Below are positions 10,360-21,246 of a DNA stretch of 64,000 bases, piece after piece. The DNA is taken from positions 416,001 to 480,000 of the forward strand of contig JBEPZY010000001.1 of the NCBI GenBank assembly GCA_041640595.1, given 5' to 3'. The notes below the pieces were generated by a model. It was not told the DNA's origin. It saw only the letters and a list, made by a program, of their open reading frames with translations, and did not search any database. Numbering within the stretch: position 1 is the stretch's first letter; every line of letters starts with the position of its first letter. This DNA comes from Gemmatales bacterium (lineage in GTDB: Bacteria; Planctomycetota; Planctomycetia; Gemmatales; HRBIN36). The position numbers were made by a program, and so were the translations under genes.

Positions 10360-10432
10360 TGGAGCCGACGGGACTCGAACCCGTAACCTCAGCATTGCGA
10401 ACGCTGCGCTCTCCCAATTGAGCTACGGCCCC
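10360..10432 (-). tRNA. tRNA-Ala (anticodon CGC)
   Basis: GGGGCCGTAGCTCAATTGGGAGAGCG..CAGCG-TTCGCAA-TGCTG..GGTTCGAGTCC..GGCTCCA; CCA not encoded. Confidence 0.97.
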
Positions 10433-10820
10433 ATTTCGCTATACCGATGGAAAAATTATAGCTGCTTGCAAGCCAGAAGTTACTCAAGCCGCAATTCTGC
10501 AGCTGCCTTGATGCCTTTTTGCTGGTTCTGGTCCAGGCTCATTGTGGCGTGCAAAGCTGGCCTGAGCGAATCGGCGAGAGCCTGGCAGATGGATTATAGC
10601 CCCACCGAAAATGGGGAGCAAGAAGTGCGTACCGGCCAAAATGAAATTTGTCCTGGCGAATTTGATCCGCGGTTCGTACCGGCCTTTGTGGTGGGCCAGT
10701 GTATGGCGGAGTTGCGACTCGATGGTGGAAATCTTTCGACATGTGGCGGCATCAACCAGGTTCGCTTGGGGTTGTTAAACCCCGGTGGCCCTAGAATCGT
10801 CCACAACCACCAGGCACCAA

Positions 10821-12431
10821 TTAAGCCTGGTCTTGGACGATTGGTAAACTCAGGCGCCGTTGGTACAAGGAGCGAGAACCGTTAGAAAAGCTGCTTTCGC
10901 GATCCTCGTAAGCGGGATTCGGTTGTTCAGCACTGTTGTCGTGTGCGCGGGAACCGAGCAACGTGATCGGCTCGAGCAGCATCCCCTGTTTGGTTTTCTC
11001 GCCGTTGTCAGCCAGCACTGGGCTGGAGAGTCTTCCAAAAAGCGTGTAGGGGCTGGCATCTTCAATGAAAACCTGAACGAATTCGCCAATGAGATTCTTT
11101 GGGCCGTCGAAGACCACAATATGATCGGTACCGGTCCGACCAGTAAGTTGCAGCCAGTCCGATGCCTGACCAGCATCGTGTCCAGTCTGGTTGGAAAGTT
11201 TGTAAGCCCACTTGCTGGGGCCTTCCACGAGGATTTCCACCGTCTGACCGATAAAGCGGCGGTGGTCAGCCAGGCTTACCTTGGCCTGGATGGCAAGCAA
11301 ATCGTTGTTGCGGCGGCGTTTGACTTCCTCGGGAACATCGTCCGGATAAAGCTCAAACGCTTTCGTACCGGGACGAGGGCTGTATTTGAAGATGTAACTG
11401 TTTTTGAAGCCGGCATGAGCCACCAAGTCACAGGTTCGCTGGAAAGATTCTTCTGTCTCTCCGCAAAAGCCGACGATGAAATCACTGCTGATAGCCACGC
11501 CGGGGATGGTTTCGCGGCAGCGGGCGAGCATATCGCGGTAAAAAGCGACCGTGTACATCCGTTTCATTCGGCGGAGAATAATGTCGCATCCGGACTGTGC
11601 GGGCACGTGCAGGTAGCGGCAAACTTTCGGGAGATCGCGTACCGCCTGCAACAGGTCATCGGTCATATCTCGCGGGAAGTTAGTGATGAATTTGATGCGG
11701 CGAATGCCAGGAATGTCGTGGAGCCGATAGAGCAAATCGGAAAGGCGCACCATTCGCCCGTCGCCAAAACGGTAGTGGTAACTGTTGACCGTCTGGCCCA
11801 CCAGGGTGACTTCTTTACAACCCTGGTCAGCCAGGAAGCGCACTTCTGCGACAATTTCATCGGGGTGTCGGCTCTGTTCCGGTCCGCGAACGCTGGGCAC
11901 GATACAGTAAGTGCAAAACTTATCACAGCCGAACTGGGTGCGGACATAGGCCTGGAACCGGTTCGTCCTCAGCTCTGGCTCGCGGAGTGGATCGTAGCTT
12001 TCGAAACTGCGTTCGACTTCGGGGCGATGAGCATCAGCGCGGCCCAAGCTGACAGCCAGTTGCGGCTGCCTGGTGCGTTCGACTTCTTCCAGGAGGTAAA
12101 GAAGTTTCCCCAGCTGGCCGGGCCCGCAAATGATGTCCACGTGGGGTGCCCGTTGGCGGATCAGCTCCTGATCCTTCTGAGCCATGCAACCTAACACGCC
12201 GATGATTTTGTGAGGATGGCGCTGCTTGTGTCGGCGTAACTGGCCTAGAGCGGAATAGATTTTGTCCTCGGCGTGCTGGCGAACACTGCAGGTGTTGAAC
12301 AAGATGACGTCGGCTTGTTTCGGGTCGGCAACCAGCTGGTAGCCGGCTTTGCGCAGAGTGGCAGCGACCAGCTCGCTATCGAGCACGTTCATCTGGCAGC
12401 CGACCGTCTCCAGAAACACCTTCTTGCTCAT
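10821..12431 (-). CDS. miaB: tRNA-2-methylthio-N6-dimethylallyladenosine synthase
   Basis: GCQMNVLDSE, NTCSVR, GCDKFCTYCIVP, DFIVGF, YSPRPGT and a TRAM domain. Confidence 0.96.
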   Translation of the reverse strand: MSKKVFLETVGCQMNVLDSELVAATLRKAGYQLVADPKQADVILFNTCSVRQHAEDKIYSALGQLRRHKQRHPHKIIGVLGCMAQKDQELIRQRAPHVDIICGPGQLGKLLYLLEEVERTRQPQLAVSLGRADAHRPEVERSFESYDPLREPELRTNRFQAYVRTQFGCDKFCTYCIVPSVRGPEQSRHPDEIVAEVRFLADQGCKEVTLVGQTVNSYHYRFGDGRMVRLSDLLYRLHDIPGIRRIKFITNFPRDMTDDLLQAVRDLPKVCRYLHVPAQSGCDIILRRMKRMYTVAFYRDMLARCRETIPGVAISSDFIVGFCGETEESFQRTCDLVAHAGFKNSYIFKYSPRPGTKAFELYPDDVPEEVKRRRNNDLLAIQAKVSLADHRRFIGQTVEILVEGPSKWAYKLSNQTGHDAGQASDWLQLTGRTGTDHIVVFDGPKNLIGEFVQVFIEDASPYTLFGRLSSPVLADNGEKTKQGMLLEPITLLGSRAHDNSAEQPNPAYEDRESSFSNGSRSLYQRRLSLPIVQDQA

Positions 12432-12677
12432 GGCAACACCATTATACCGGACAAGAGCAGGGAGAGGTTATTCACGTTGCCGCCAGGAACCACTGGTCTG
12501 GACAGAACGCTGCGGATTGGCTACATGGCCGACCACTCTGGCGACGCTCGCCCGGATGCAGGGATGACGGGCCGGCTGCTGAGCGTGGAAAACAGGTCCG
12601 AATACACCGGTAACGCTGCGGGGACGGAGTTTCACGCATCAGCGCCGAGGCCGGTTCGCACGAGTTGGGAATTTCCT

Positions 12678-12705
12678 GCATTTCCGCGGCGGCACTTGCC
12701 GATAA
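12678..12705 (+). promoter_or_regulatory. Candidate sigma28-type promoter upstream of fliA
   Basis: Exact GCCGATAA at 12698-12705 preceded by GCATTT; same arrangement at 35775-35801. Confidence 0.45.
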
Positions 12706-12943
12706 CAGCTGCGGGGAAAAATTCGCCTTGCCATAACGGGGGACTATCCGGGGTACAGGCGTGCTGGCGCTTTTCGAGCCGGTGAGTAGGGGAATGCGGC
12801 TGGGCGCGAGTGTGCGCCAAGCAGCATCTGCCTAGGGGAACAGGTGCTGCTCGCCGCTATGTCCACCGAGGCAGGACAGCGTCCGCCAAATTCTCCGGTC
12901 GAAGCGCTGGTTCGCCTGGGGGCTCGGGGTCAGGGAGGATGGA

Positions 12944-13720
12944 ATGGCCACCCAGGTTACGGAAGACATTCAGCAGCTTTGGCGCGAATACCGTGCTCAT
13001 CCCAGTATCGAACTTCGCAACCGGCTCATTGAGCATTATCTACCGCTGGTGCGGGTAAATGCCGAACGCATCTGGGCACGGTTACCGGATGGAGTTGACC
13101 TGGATGACCTGATTAGCGCAGGGATTTTCGGGTTGATGGATGCGATTGAATCGTTCGACCTGGAACGGGGCGTCAAATTTGAGACCTACTGTGTGCCACG
13201 CATTCGCGGGGCTATTCTCGATGAACTGCGAACCATGGATTGGGTACCACGCCTGGTGCGTTCCAAAGCGAGTAAGCTGGAAGAAGCCCGCAAAGAACTG
13301 GAAGCCAAGCTCGGCAGGCCACCCCGGGAAGAAGAGTTGGCCGAACATCTGGGGCTGAGCGAAGAGGAGACCCACGCCCTGGTTCAGGAAACCAATGCCG
13401 TCAGTCTGATTAGCCTGGATAAGAAATGGTACGAGACGGACAGTTACAAGGACGTCCGCGAGGTGGACATTCTGGAAGATAAAAAAGCTGAGGATCCCAC
13501 CCGCCGGCTCCACAACCAGGATTTGCTCAAGCTCATCACCCGGGGACTTAATCGCAATGAACGTTTGATTCTCATCCTGTACTACTTTGAAGAAATGACC
13601 ATGAAGGAAATCGGGCAGACGCTCGACCTGAGCGAAAGCCGCGTCAGTCAGATGCATTCCGCGATTATTGCCCGTTTGCAACAAATGTTGGCGGACCGTA
13701 AAACAGAACTGTCGAATTGA
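12944..13720 (+). CDS. fliA: FliA/WhiG-family sigma factor (sigma28)
   Basis: DDLISAGIFGL, FETYCVPRIRGAILDELR..DWVPR and MKEIG..LSESRVSQMH. Confidence 0.93.
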   Translation: MATQVTEDIQQLWREYRAHPSIELRNRLIEHYLPLVRVNAERIWARLPDGVDLDDLISAGIFGLMDAIESFDLERGVKFETYCVPRIRGAILDELRTMDWVPRLVRSKASKLEEARKELEAKLGRPPREEELAEHLGLSEEETHALVQETNAVSLISLDKKWYETDSYKDVREVDILEDKKAEDPTRRLHNQDLLKLITRGLNRNERLILILYYFEEMTMKEIGQTLDLSESRVSQMHSAIIARLQQMLADRKTELSN

Positions 13721-13733
13721 GGGCCTGAATTGC

Positions 13734-14255
13734 ATGCCTCGCTGGCCTTGCGGGATTAGTTGGGTTTGGTGGTGTACGCTTTTGGGATGCACAACGGCCG
13801 TCTTCAGTGCAGAGCCGACTTCCTGGCTTGGTCAGGCTCAACACTGCCCAGCGGTTCCCGACCAGATGCGTCCACCGGTGCGGTTGTTTACCCAGCTCCA
13901 GGAGCCGCCACAGGAAGCTGGTGTGTTCAGCCGACCATCACCGAGTTTCCATCCGGCGACGCAATCACCAGCAAGTTTCACGACCGCTCCACCGGCTCCA
14001 TCCATTAGCCTGGCCCCATTCTGTCCGCCCACGGTGAAACTGAAGGCATTCGTGCCACCTTGTGTGTCCACGTTCCAGATTCATACCCCACCAGCGACGT
14101 GGACGGTCATGCCACCACGGCCGGGCATTCGACTGTTGCAGGTATGCGATGCTCCTACTCATCACGGTGCGGCGATGCAGCGGGGAAACGTTACATTGGT
14201 TCACCAACCGCAGCCTCTGCCGCCGGTTCACATTCCACAATGTCTGCCCCGCTAA
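13734..14255 (+). CDS. Pro-rich exported hypothetical protein
   Basis: Signal-peptide-like start at ATG 13734, just after fliA. Confidence 0.5.
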   Translation: MPRWPCGISWVWWCTLLGCTTAVFSAEPTSWLGQAQHCPAVPDQMRPPVRLFTQLQEPPQEAGVFSRPSPSFHPATQSPASFTTAPPAPSISLAPFCPPTVKLKAFVPPCVSTFQIHTPPATWTVMPPRPGIRLLQVCDAPTHHGAAMQRGNVTLVHQPQPLPPVHIPQCLPR

Positions 14256-14332
14256 GGCGTTTATCGACTTTGTAACGGACGATAATACAGCTGTGGTGGC
14301 TCTAAATCAGGCAGTTACGTCAAGGGCATTGC

Positions 14333-14827
14333 TTATTCCGGCGGCAGGAAGGGCTCGCGACCATAACGGCGTCGAATGCGGTTGAGCATTTCAAGAATAC
14401 GTGGCTGGGCCAAGAACCGTTTTTCCAGGTAGCGTTTGCCAGGAAATTGCATCAGCATCAGACCAAGAATGATCGTCAGCAGTCCCTGACCTGGGACGCC
14501 CGGAAGGCTCAGGATCACACCAACAACCACCAGCAACAGCCCCAGCAAGTTTCGCACCAGGGCAATGACAATCCTGGTCGGGAAACTGCCTGCACTGGTA
14601 CCCGGCCGATTATGTTCGGGCGGGTCGCGGAAGTAATCCGCCGGCAGTTTTAGTACGACCCAGACCACCGTGGCCAGACTGACAACGAACGACACCGCAA
14701 ACACGCCCAGCCCGATAAGCACATCCCACCAGGAGCTTGGCAGAACATAGTCTGTCCAGTCGGCCGGCTGGACGTACCAAAGTTTGCCGGTCCTGCTGAC
14801 CTCAACCAGGAGCGGGTGGCTGCGCAT
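14333..14827 (-). CDS. PGPGW-like membrane protein
   Basis: LPADYF and LPGVPGQGLLTII..FPGK; three hydrophobic segments. Confidence 0.8.
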   Translation of the reverse strand: MRSHPLLVEVSRTGKLWYVQPADWTDYVLPSSWWDVLIGLGVFAVSFVVSLATVVWVVLKLPADYFRDPPEHNRPGTSAGSFPTRIVIALVRNLLGLLLVVVGVILSLPGVPGQGLLTIILGLMLMQFPGKRYLEKRFLAQPRILEMLNRIRRRYGREPFLPPE

Positions 14828-14927
14828 GGGCTCAGGACGTTTATGTTCTGTTGTCTCCGCCCTGTTCTGGGTGCCTTGCAGGTGCTATTGTAAAAGAAGC
14901 CTCAAAGACCCACAAAAGGAGCTGCTT

Positions 14928-15908
14928 ATGTCTGGCCCAGGTGCTTCGGAGAAAGTCCGTGTGAGCGGAATGGCTGAATACACCCGTCGTGAATGGCTGC
15001 AGCTAACCGGTACGGCGGTGCTGGCCGCTTCCGGAACCCTGGCTGGTGGAGGCACGGTTGGCTTACAGGCTATCGAACCCATTCAGCGGGTCGGAAAGCC
15101 TTATTTTCGGCTGAGTCTGGCCGGTTACAGTCTGCGGGACCACTTTAGTGGCAAGCGGCAGCCAGCGATTTCGCTGGAGGACTACGTGGACTTAGCAGCC
15201 CAGTGGGGCTTTGACGCGGTAGAGCCGACCGCTTATTACTTCAAAGACACGTCGCCTGCCTTTCTGGCGCGGTTGAAAGGGCGTTGTACCCGGCTTGGTC
15301 TGGACGTGAGCGGCGGAGCAGTGGGCAACAATTTTTGCGTGGCCGACCCCGCAGCTTTGAAAAAACAAATTGCCGATGTCAAGGCGTGGATCGAACGCTA
15401 TTCAGTCCTGGGTGGCAAGACGATTCGCATTTTTGCCGGGAGCGTCCCCAAAGGCGACACTGAGGAAAACGCCCGGCGGCGGTGTATCGAAGCGATCCAG
15501 GAATGCTGTGACCATGCCGCCCGCTATGGCATTTATCTGGCCCTGGAGAATCACGGGGGCATCACCAGCACACCCCAGCAAATGCTGGCTATTGTCCGGG
15601 AAGTCAAACACGAATATTTCGGCGTGAATCTGGACACCGGCAATTTTCACGGCGAAGACCCCTATCAGGAACTGGCCCAAATCGCGCCCTATGCCGTGGT
15701 TTGCCAGGTCAAAACCGAAATCACACGTACACAGAGTGGCAAACGGCAACCCCCTGAACCAGCCGACCTGCAGAAAATCCTTGGCATTCTTCGGGGCGTG
15801 GGATATCGCGGTTATATCTCCCTTGAATACGAGGCTGCTGAGGAACCGATGAAGGCGATTCCGCGCTATGCCCAGGAACTCCGCCGACTGATAACGGAGA
15901 AGGTGTGA
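14928..15908 (+). CDS. Tat-exported sugar-phosphate isomerase/epimerase (TIM barrel)
   Basis: TRREWL twin-Arg signal, LENHGG, NLDTGNF and ISLEYE; AAGGAG RBS before ATG 14928. Confidence 0.88.
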   Translation: MSGPGASEKVRVSGMAEYTRREWLQLTGTAVLAASGTLAGGGTVGLQAIEPIQRVGKPYFRLSLAGYSLRDHFSGKRQPAISLEDYVDLAAQWGFDAVEPTAYYFKDTSPAFLARLKGRCTRLGLDVSGGAVGNNFCVADPAALKKQIADVKAWIERYSVLGGKTIRIFAGSVPKGDTEENARRRCIEAIQECCDHAARYGIYLALENHGGITSTPQQMLAIVREVKHEYFGVNLDTGNFHGEDPYQELAQIAPYAVVCQVKTEITRTQSGKRQPPEPADLQKILGILRGVGYRGYISLEYEAAEEPMKAIPRYAQELRRLITEKV

Positions 15909-15968
15909 TCCTTTTGAGATATGCGATTCATCGTATTGCGCGGGTGAACGACCTTGTGCGACCACGCT

Positions 15969-17240
15969 TCAATTGTGGGGCTGCGCTGAGCGAGTCGGCT
16001 GACCGATAGCGCTGGTAACGTAATTTTCCAGCATGGCGAACTGACGGAAGAAGTCATGTTCCTGGACGCCCATAGGGTTTTTGAAGAAACAGGCAAGATG
16101 CCGCAGGATGCCCTTTTCGCCTCGACGTTGGGCTAGTAAGGCCAGGCGTGCGAGATCAATCACCAGCGGTGCCGCCAGAATTGAATCGCAACCTTGCCAG
16201 ACGAATTGCAAAATCATTTTCACCCCCAGAAAACCCTGGAAGTGAATGTGATCCCAGGCGGTTTTCCAGTCGTCAAGCGACTCGATGTACTCGATGCTGA
16301 CCAGGGTTTGGGGTTTATAGCCAAGGATGTGGGCCAGCACCTGATCTTTGGTGCGAATCTTCGACTCCTTATTCCGTGGGTCGTTGAGCACCAGACCGTC
16401 GCGGTTGCCGAAAATGTTGTGCCCAACCCAGCTGAGTACGCGTAGATGACGGTGGGCAAACATCGGCGCCAGGACGGTCTTGAGTAAGGTTTCGCCGGTT
16501 TTACCATCCTGACCGGCAACAGCTGCTCCCTGTTGTTCGGCAAATTGAATGGCCGCCGGGAAGCTCGCGCCGAGCGACGGGGTGAAATTGACGTAGGGCC
16601 AGCCCAATTCAATGGTGGCTAAAGCATAAATGCTGCTGGCTGGGAGCAACACATCGGTACGGCGTTCCGCCAGACGTTCAGCTAACCGTGGCCAGCTCTG
16701 GTGGACTTCCGTTGTCGAAAATGGCGGTTCGGTCGAGGCTACATTCACCACCACCACCTGATCAAGTTGGTGGGTCTGACGGAAGTTCTGCAAATCCTGT
16801 TGCACGCGCTGGATGGCCTGACGTGGCGTTTCATGGCGAGGCAAATTGGGGAGATCAGCAAGCGCCGCAATCGTTTCCCCCACATGCAGCAAGGTTCCCG
16901 GACGAATGTTAGCCGACCATGCTTCCAAATCTTCGCGGCAGCCGGTCAGCCATTCGCTGGAAAAAATCCCCGCCCGCTGATGTAGCTCCAGGGCCGTTTG
17001 CTGCCAGGTAGTTTGCCGGATGTCGTGTCCGCCCAGGACGAACGCTTCCGGCGCGTCCAGGTCCAGCTCGCGGAATAACGGTAAGGCAGTAACCAGGCCG
17101 GTGGCGTCTATCAAACCGCGTCGCCAGGCAGATAGGCCAACCGCTACGGTAGTGCCGACTCCGCCCAGAGCACCGATGAGCCATAAGCCCACTCGCCGTC
17201 GCGAGGTACTTATCTGATGAGCAGACCGCTGCGCTGACAT
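15969..17240 (-). CDS. ino1: myo-Inositol-1-phosphate synthase
   Basis: GALGGVG, NVASTE, NFTPS, DGKTGET, GNRDG and GCDSILAAPL; start moved to ATG 17240 behind AGGAAAGG. Confidence 0.92.
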   Translation of the reverse strand: MSAQRSAHQISTSRRRVGLWLIGALGGVGTTVAVGLSAWRRGLIDATGLVTALPLFRELDLDAPEAFVLGGHDIRQTTWQQTALELHQRAGIFSSEWLTGCREDLEAWSANIRPGTLLHVGETIAALADLPNLPRHETPRQAIQRVQQDLQNFRQTHQLDQVVVVNVASTEPPFSTTEVHQSWPRLAERLAERRTDVLLPASSIYALATIELGWPYVNFTPSLGASFPAAIQFAEQQGAAVAGQDGKTGETLLKTVLAPMFAHRHLRVLSWVGHNIFGNRDGLVLNDPRNKESKIRTKDQVLAHILGYKPQTLVSIEYIESLDDWKTAWDHIHFQGFLGVKMILQFVWQGCDSILAAPLVIDLARLALLAQRRGEKGILRHLACFFKNPMGVQEHDFFRQFAMLENYVTSAIGQPTRSAQPHN

Positions 17241-17432
17241 TACCTTTCCTTTCCTGTTGCATATTGGGGTGAACTCTGTATTTATCCTACCAGCAGGCTG
17301 ATTTGACAACGGTGGCAATTTGTCGGTGCAATTGGCCGGCTTGTAAATTGCTACCCGAAAACACGGACCGGCGCGCCTGTCGCAAAGGCTCCCCAAAAAT
17401 ACAGACGATTGGCCAACCGCAGATAAACCGCT

Positions 17433-18278
17433 ATGCCACGCCCGATTATCACGCTGACCACCGACTTCGGGGAGGATTCCGCCTACGCCGCCGCGCTCAA
17501 AGGAAGCATACTGAGCGTTTGTCCCGAAGCCCAATTGATAGACCTGAGCCATAGTATCCCACCGCAAGACGTGGTGCATGCCGCCTTTTTTCTGAGCGAA
17601 GCTGTGCCCTGGTTCCCCGCGGGGACGATTCACGTGGTCGTGGTGGATCCTGGTGTGGGTACAAGTCGTCGGTTGCTCTATGTGGAATGGCCCGAAGAGA
17701 GCGGCGAACTTCAACCCGCCATCGCAATGCAGCGGTTGCTGGCACCGGACAACGGCGTGTGTACGTTGCTCTGGCGGCGTCGGCCAGCGTTACGCATCTT
17801 GGAAATTAGCAACTCGCGTTATTTCCGCCCGGTCGTTAGCAGCACGTTCCATGGCCGGGACATTTTTGCTCCTGTGGCTGGGCATTTGGCCAACGGCCTC
17901 GATCCAATCGAACTGGGCAACGCCGTCACGGACCCGGCTCAGCTCCCCTTTCCGCAACCACAACGAGAAGGCGACCGGGTGCGATGTGAAGTGGTGTTCG
18001 TGGATCATTTCGGCAATCTATTGACCAACATGCACCGCGATGATTGGCCCGGCCTTGCGATTGTCGAGGTTGAGGTACTCGGTATCCGACCGCGTTGGGT
18101 TCGCACCTACGGCGAGGCCTCGCCGGGTGAAGTCGTGGCTTTATGGTCGAGTGGCGGCTGGCTGGAAATTGCCGTGGTGCAGGGCCATGCGGCCCATCGG
18201 CTCAACCTTGGACGCGGTGTACCGGTGCTGGTAACACTTGCCCCAACCGCAGGCTCCAGGGATGCCGAATCGTCCTGA
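17433..18278 (+). CDS. SAM hydroxide adenosyltransferase family (DUF62)
   Basis: ITLTTDFG, VVDPGVG, APDNG, TFHGRDIF and DHFGN. Confidence 0.92.
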   Translation: MPRPIITLTTDFGEDSAYAAALKGSILSVCPEAQLIDLSHSIPPQDVVHAAFFLSEAVPWFPAGTIHVVVVDPGVGTSRRLLYVEWPEESGELQPAIAMQRLLAPDNGVCTLLWRRRPALRILEISNSRYFRPVVSSTFHGRDIFAPVAGHLANGLDPIELGNAVTDPAQLPFPQPQREGDRVRCEVVFVDHFGNLLTNMHRDDWPGLAIVEVEVLGIRPRWVRTYGEASPGEVVALWSSGGWLEIAVVQGHAAHRLNLGRGVPVLVTLAPTAGSRDAESS

Positions 18279-18406
18279 CGCCTTCACTTTGACTTTCGGC
18301 ACACGAAAGCGCATTTCGACGACTCGGGAATACTGAATCACAATGAGGCCTCCCAATAACAGCGCTCCGGCGGGCCTGACGGTCTGCTTTCCCAGGAGGT
18401 TCGCGA

Positions 18407-19735
18407 ATGTCTGAGCAGTATCAGCCACAATCCACGTTTCGCTGGCGTGTTGCTGCCATGACTTTGCTGGTGCTGCTCAATCTGTTCAATTACATTGACC
18501 GCTACGTGGTGGCAGCCGTCGAAGCGGAAATCGCCAGTACGTTTTTTCCACCCGACCAACCGCAGGAGTTTGTGAAGACTCGCATGGGTTTGCTGATGCC
18601 GGCTTTCATGGTTTCGTATATGGTCGTGGCTCCGGTGTTTGGCTGGCTGGGAGATCGCGTATCTCGATGGTGGTTGATAGCACTGGGAGCACTACTCTGG
18701 ACACTGGCCAGTGGCGGTTCCGGTTGGGCCTGGTCGTATGCCTCTTTGTTTGTCACTCGTTGCCTGGTAGGCGTAGGCGAAGGGGCCTACGGGCCGGTAG
18801 CGCCAACGGTGATTGCAGATCTATATCCGACAGCTCAGCGCGGACGAGCTTTGTCGCTTTTTTATGCCGCTATTCCTGTGGGAAGTGCACTGGGCTACCT
18901 GTTAGGCGGGACTATGCTCTGGTTGACTGGCAACTGGCGGTGGGCCTTTTATACTGTTGTTCCTCCAGGTCTAGTGTTGACGCTTTTGTGTCTGTTGATG
19001 CCTGAAACGCGGCGGGGCCAGGCTGACCGCTTCACGGGTGGCGATACCGACGCCGAAGCCGCGACAATTCGGAAAATACACTGGCGAGACTATCTGGTTC
19101 TTGCGCGAATTCCCTCTTACGTGCTCTGCACGCTGGGGATGACCGCGATGACTTTCGCCGTGGGCGGCATTGCCTTCTGGATGCCACGCTATTTAGCCCT
19201 GGAGCGACAGGCCGCTTCGCTCGACGAGGTCAACATAATTTTCGGCGCCATCATCGCTGCCAGCGGACTATTAGCCACTCTTGCAGGCGGCTGGCTGGGC
19301 GATGTTGCTCAGCGTTATTTCCGCGGTGCATACTTTGGTGTATCGGCTGGCGGAATGTTTTTAGCCTTGCCCCTCTTCCTCGCTTCGTTGTGGTTGCCGT
19401 TCCCGTCAGCCTGGGCTTTTTTGGCGGGCAGCTGCTTTTTCCTGTTCCTGAACACCGGCCCCACCAATGCGGTGCTGGCTAACGTAACCCACCCGGCCAT
19501 CCGAGCTTCTGCTTTCGCTATCAACATTTTTATCATTCACGCCCTCGGCGATGTGCTTTCCCCCGCCGTCATCGGATACGTAGCCGACCTTGCGAATTTG
19601 CAGGTCGGGTTTTTGCTGGTAGCTGGTTTCATCGGTCTGAGCGGCTTGGTGTGGCTGATTGGGGCCAGGTTTCTCGACGCGGATACCCGTTTGGCACTGA
19701 CGCGCTTTCAGTCCGTGATCGAGTGCAAATCGTGA
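18407..19735 (+). CDS. Spinster-like MFS transporter
   Basis: NLFNYIDR, GWLGDR..R and GVGEG; about 12 TM helices. Confidence 0.9.
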   Translation: MSEQYQPQSTFRWRVAAMTLLVLLNLFNYIDRYVVAAVEAEIASTFFPPDQPQEFVKTRMGLLMPAFMVSYMVVAPVFGWLGDRVSRWWLIALGALLWTLASGGSGWAWSYASLFVTRCLVGVGEGAYGPVAPTVIADLYPTAQRGRALSLFYAAIPVGSALGYLLGGTMLWLTGNWRWAFYTVVPPGLVLTLLCLLMPETRRGQADRFTGGDTDAEAATIRKIHWRDYLVLARIPSYVLCTLGMTAMTFAVGGIAFWMPRYLALERQAASLDEVNIIFGAIIAASGLLATLAGGWLGDVAQRYFRGAYFGVSAGGMFLALPLFLASLWLPFPSAWAFLAGSCFFLFLNTGPTNAVLANVTHPAIRASAFAINIFIIHALGDVLSPAVIGYVADLANLQVGFLLVAGFIGLSGLVWLIGARFLDADTRLALTRFQSVIECKS

Positions 19736-20124
19736 TGGCAAACCCGTGTTCGGTCGGCTTTGCCTGGACATGCCGTCGAGGTGCCTACGGCATCATTCCG
19801 CAATCCATACTGATTGGGACAACACTCGGTAGTTAGGTTGGGCCGAGTGATTCCGCCAGTATTTCAGGATTCGTGCTGCATTCATTCTGCTCCTCGTGTA
19901 ATAAACAGCACCGCTTGCCTAAAGCGCACTTTCGGACTAAGCTGCGATTGGGGCCGGACTTCAGACCGCTGGGCTGGCCATAAGCCGAAACTGGCTGGTG
20001 TATAATTTGTAAAGAAACGGTGTGCCGGCCCTAGCGCTAGCCAGGAAGAACGAGTCGGCCAGGTCGCCATCACGGTGTTCATTATTCGGCACCTCGTGTC
20101 GAGCGCCTAGGCGAGAATCGAACG

Positions 20125-20934
20125 ATGTCTTTTGCATTGTCTATTGGCCAGAAGTCAGATATTGGCAACTACCGCGAGAATAACGAAGACCGTGTTCTCG
20201 TTTCGCAGGTGCAGGAAAACGGTCGCTGTCAGTTATTGGCCTGTCTGGTGGCGGACGGCATGGGAGGTCAGCTGGCAGGTGAGAAAGCCAGCGAAATGGC
20301 CACGGATTTAATCTGGCAGGAACTTCAAAAGGGTTATGGCCAGGTGCAGAATGTTGAGCAAGTCAAGCAGCTTATCCGCCAGGCAGCGGTTCGCGCCAAC
20401 GAAGAGATCATGGAGCTCGGGCAGTTTCACCGCGAATACAGCAACATGGGCACCACCATTGTGTTGGCGGTCTGGTTACCACCGCTACGGGACGATTGTC
20501 TGTTCATAAGCTGGCTGGGCGATAGCCGTGCCTACCTTGTACGCGATCGCAAAATCGAATGCCTGACGGTTGACCATTCCATCGCTCAGGCGCTGGTCGA
20601 AGCCGGGGTCTTATCAGCCGAAGAAGCTCGCGTTCATCGCTTTCGCAACCGGTTGTGGAAATACCTCGGCACGAAGGAAGTAGCAGACGGGCCCGACGTC
20701 AAAGTCGTGTATTTGCGGCCAGGTGACCGCTTCCTACTGTGCACGGACGGCCTGACCGGGGTGGTCGAGGACGAAAAACTCGCCGAGGTTATTGCCGCCA
20801 ACACAGACCCGCAAAAAGCTGCCGAAGACCTGGTTAAACTGGCCCTCGATTGCGACAGCAAGGACAACGTTTCTTGCGTCCTGATTTACGTAGAAGAAGC
20901 GCCGGCCCCGGTAGCCTACATCCTCGGCAACTGA
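20125..20934 (+). CDS. PP2C-type Ser/Thr phosphatase
   Basis: RENNED, VADGMGG, MGTT, GDSRAY, LCTDGL and DNVS. Confidence 0.95.
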   Translation: MSFALSIGQKSDIGNYRENNEDRVLVSQVQENGRCQLLACLVADGMGGQLAGEKASEMATDLIWQELQKGYGQVQNVEQVKQLIRQAAVRANEEIMELGQFHREYSNMGTTIVLAVWLPPLRDDCLFISWLGDSRAYLVRDRKIECLTVDHSIAQALVEAGVLSAEEARVHRFRNRLWKYLGTKEVADGPDVKVVYLRPGDRFLLCTDGLTGVVEDEKLAEVIAANTDPQKAAEDLVKLALDCDSKDNVSCVLIYVEEAPAPVAYILGN

Positions 20935-21246
20935 CTTGGCTTGCGCAGTATCAGTAAACTTTCTATGTTACAAGAATCTTATCAGACCCCTTGCAACCTC
21001 CCTATTTTCCAATAAACCGAGTTTAGCCGGATTAACCGATTGGCCGAAGTTTTCCAAAGGGCGCAGCGTGCGTATTTAGAGTGTAGCTGAACATGGGCAG
21101 TCCAGAAGCGATCGGCCGCGTTCTTGACGCTGCCCGGCCGGTCCTCCAAAGCATTCGGTCTGCTGCATCTCCCCGACCTTGCTGAGCACAGCGCGAAATT
21201 GGCGCTTGGGTCTTCAGGACTCGCATCTATCAAAGGAGGTCCGCAC

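Noticed and set aside
7600..10432. Integrative island at tRNA-Ala
   Set aside because: No integrase and no duplicated tRNA 3' end seen
10860..12194. 444-aa plus-strand ORF
   Set aside because: Antisense shadow of miaB with no motifs
17241..17714. N-terminal extension of the 581-aa inositol synthase ORF
   Set aside because: It overlaps the divergent DUF62 gene; the family-like sequence and RBS begin near 17240
17433..18278. Fluorinase/chlorinase with a halometabolite cluster
   Set aside because: The TFHGRDIF motif and housekeeping context fit the common DUF62 SAM hydrolase; no biosynthetic genes nearby
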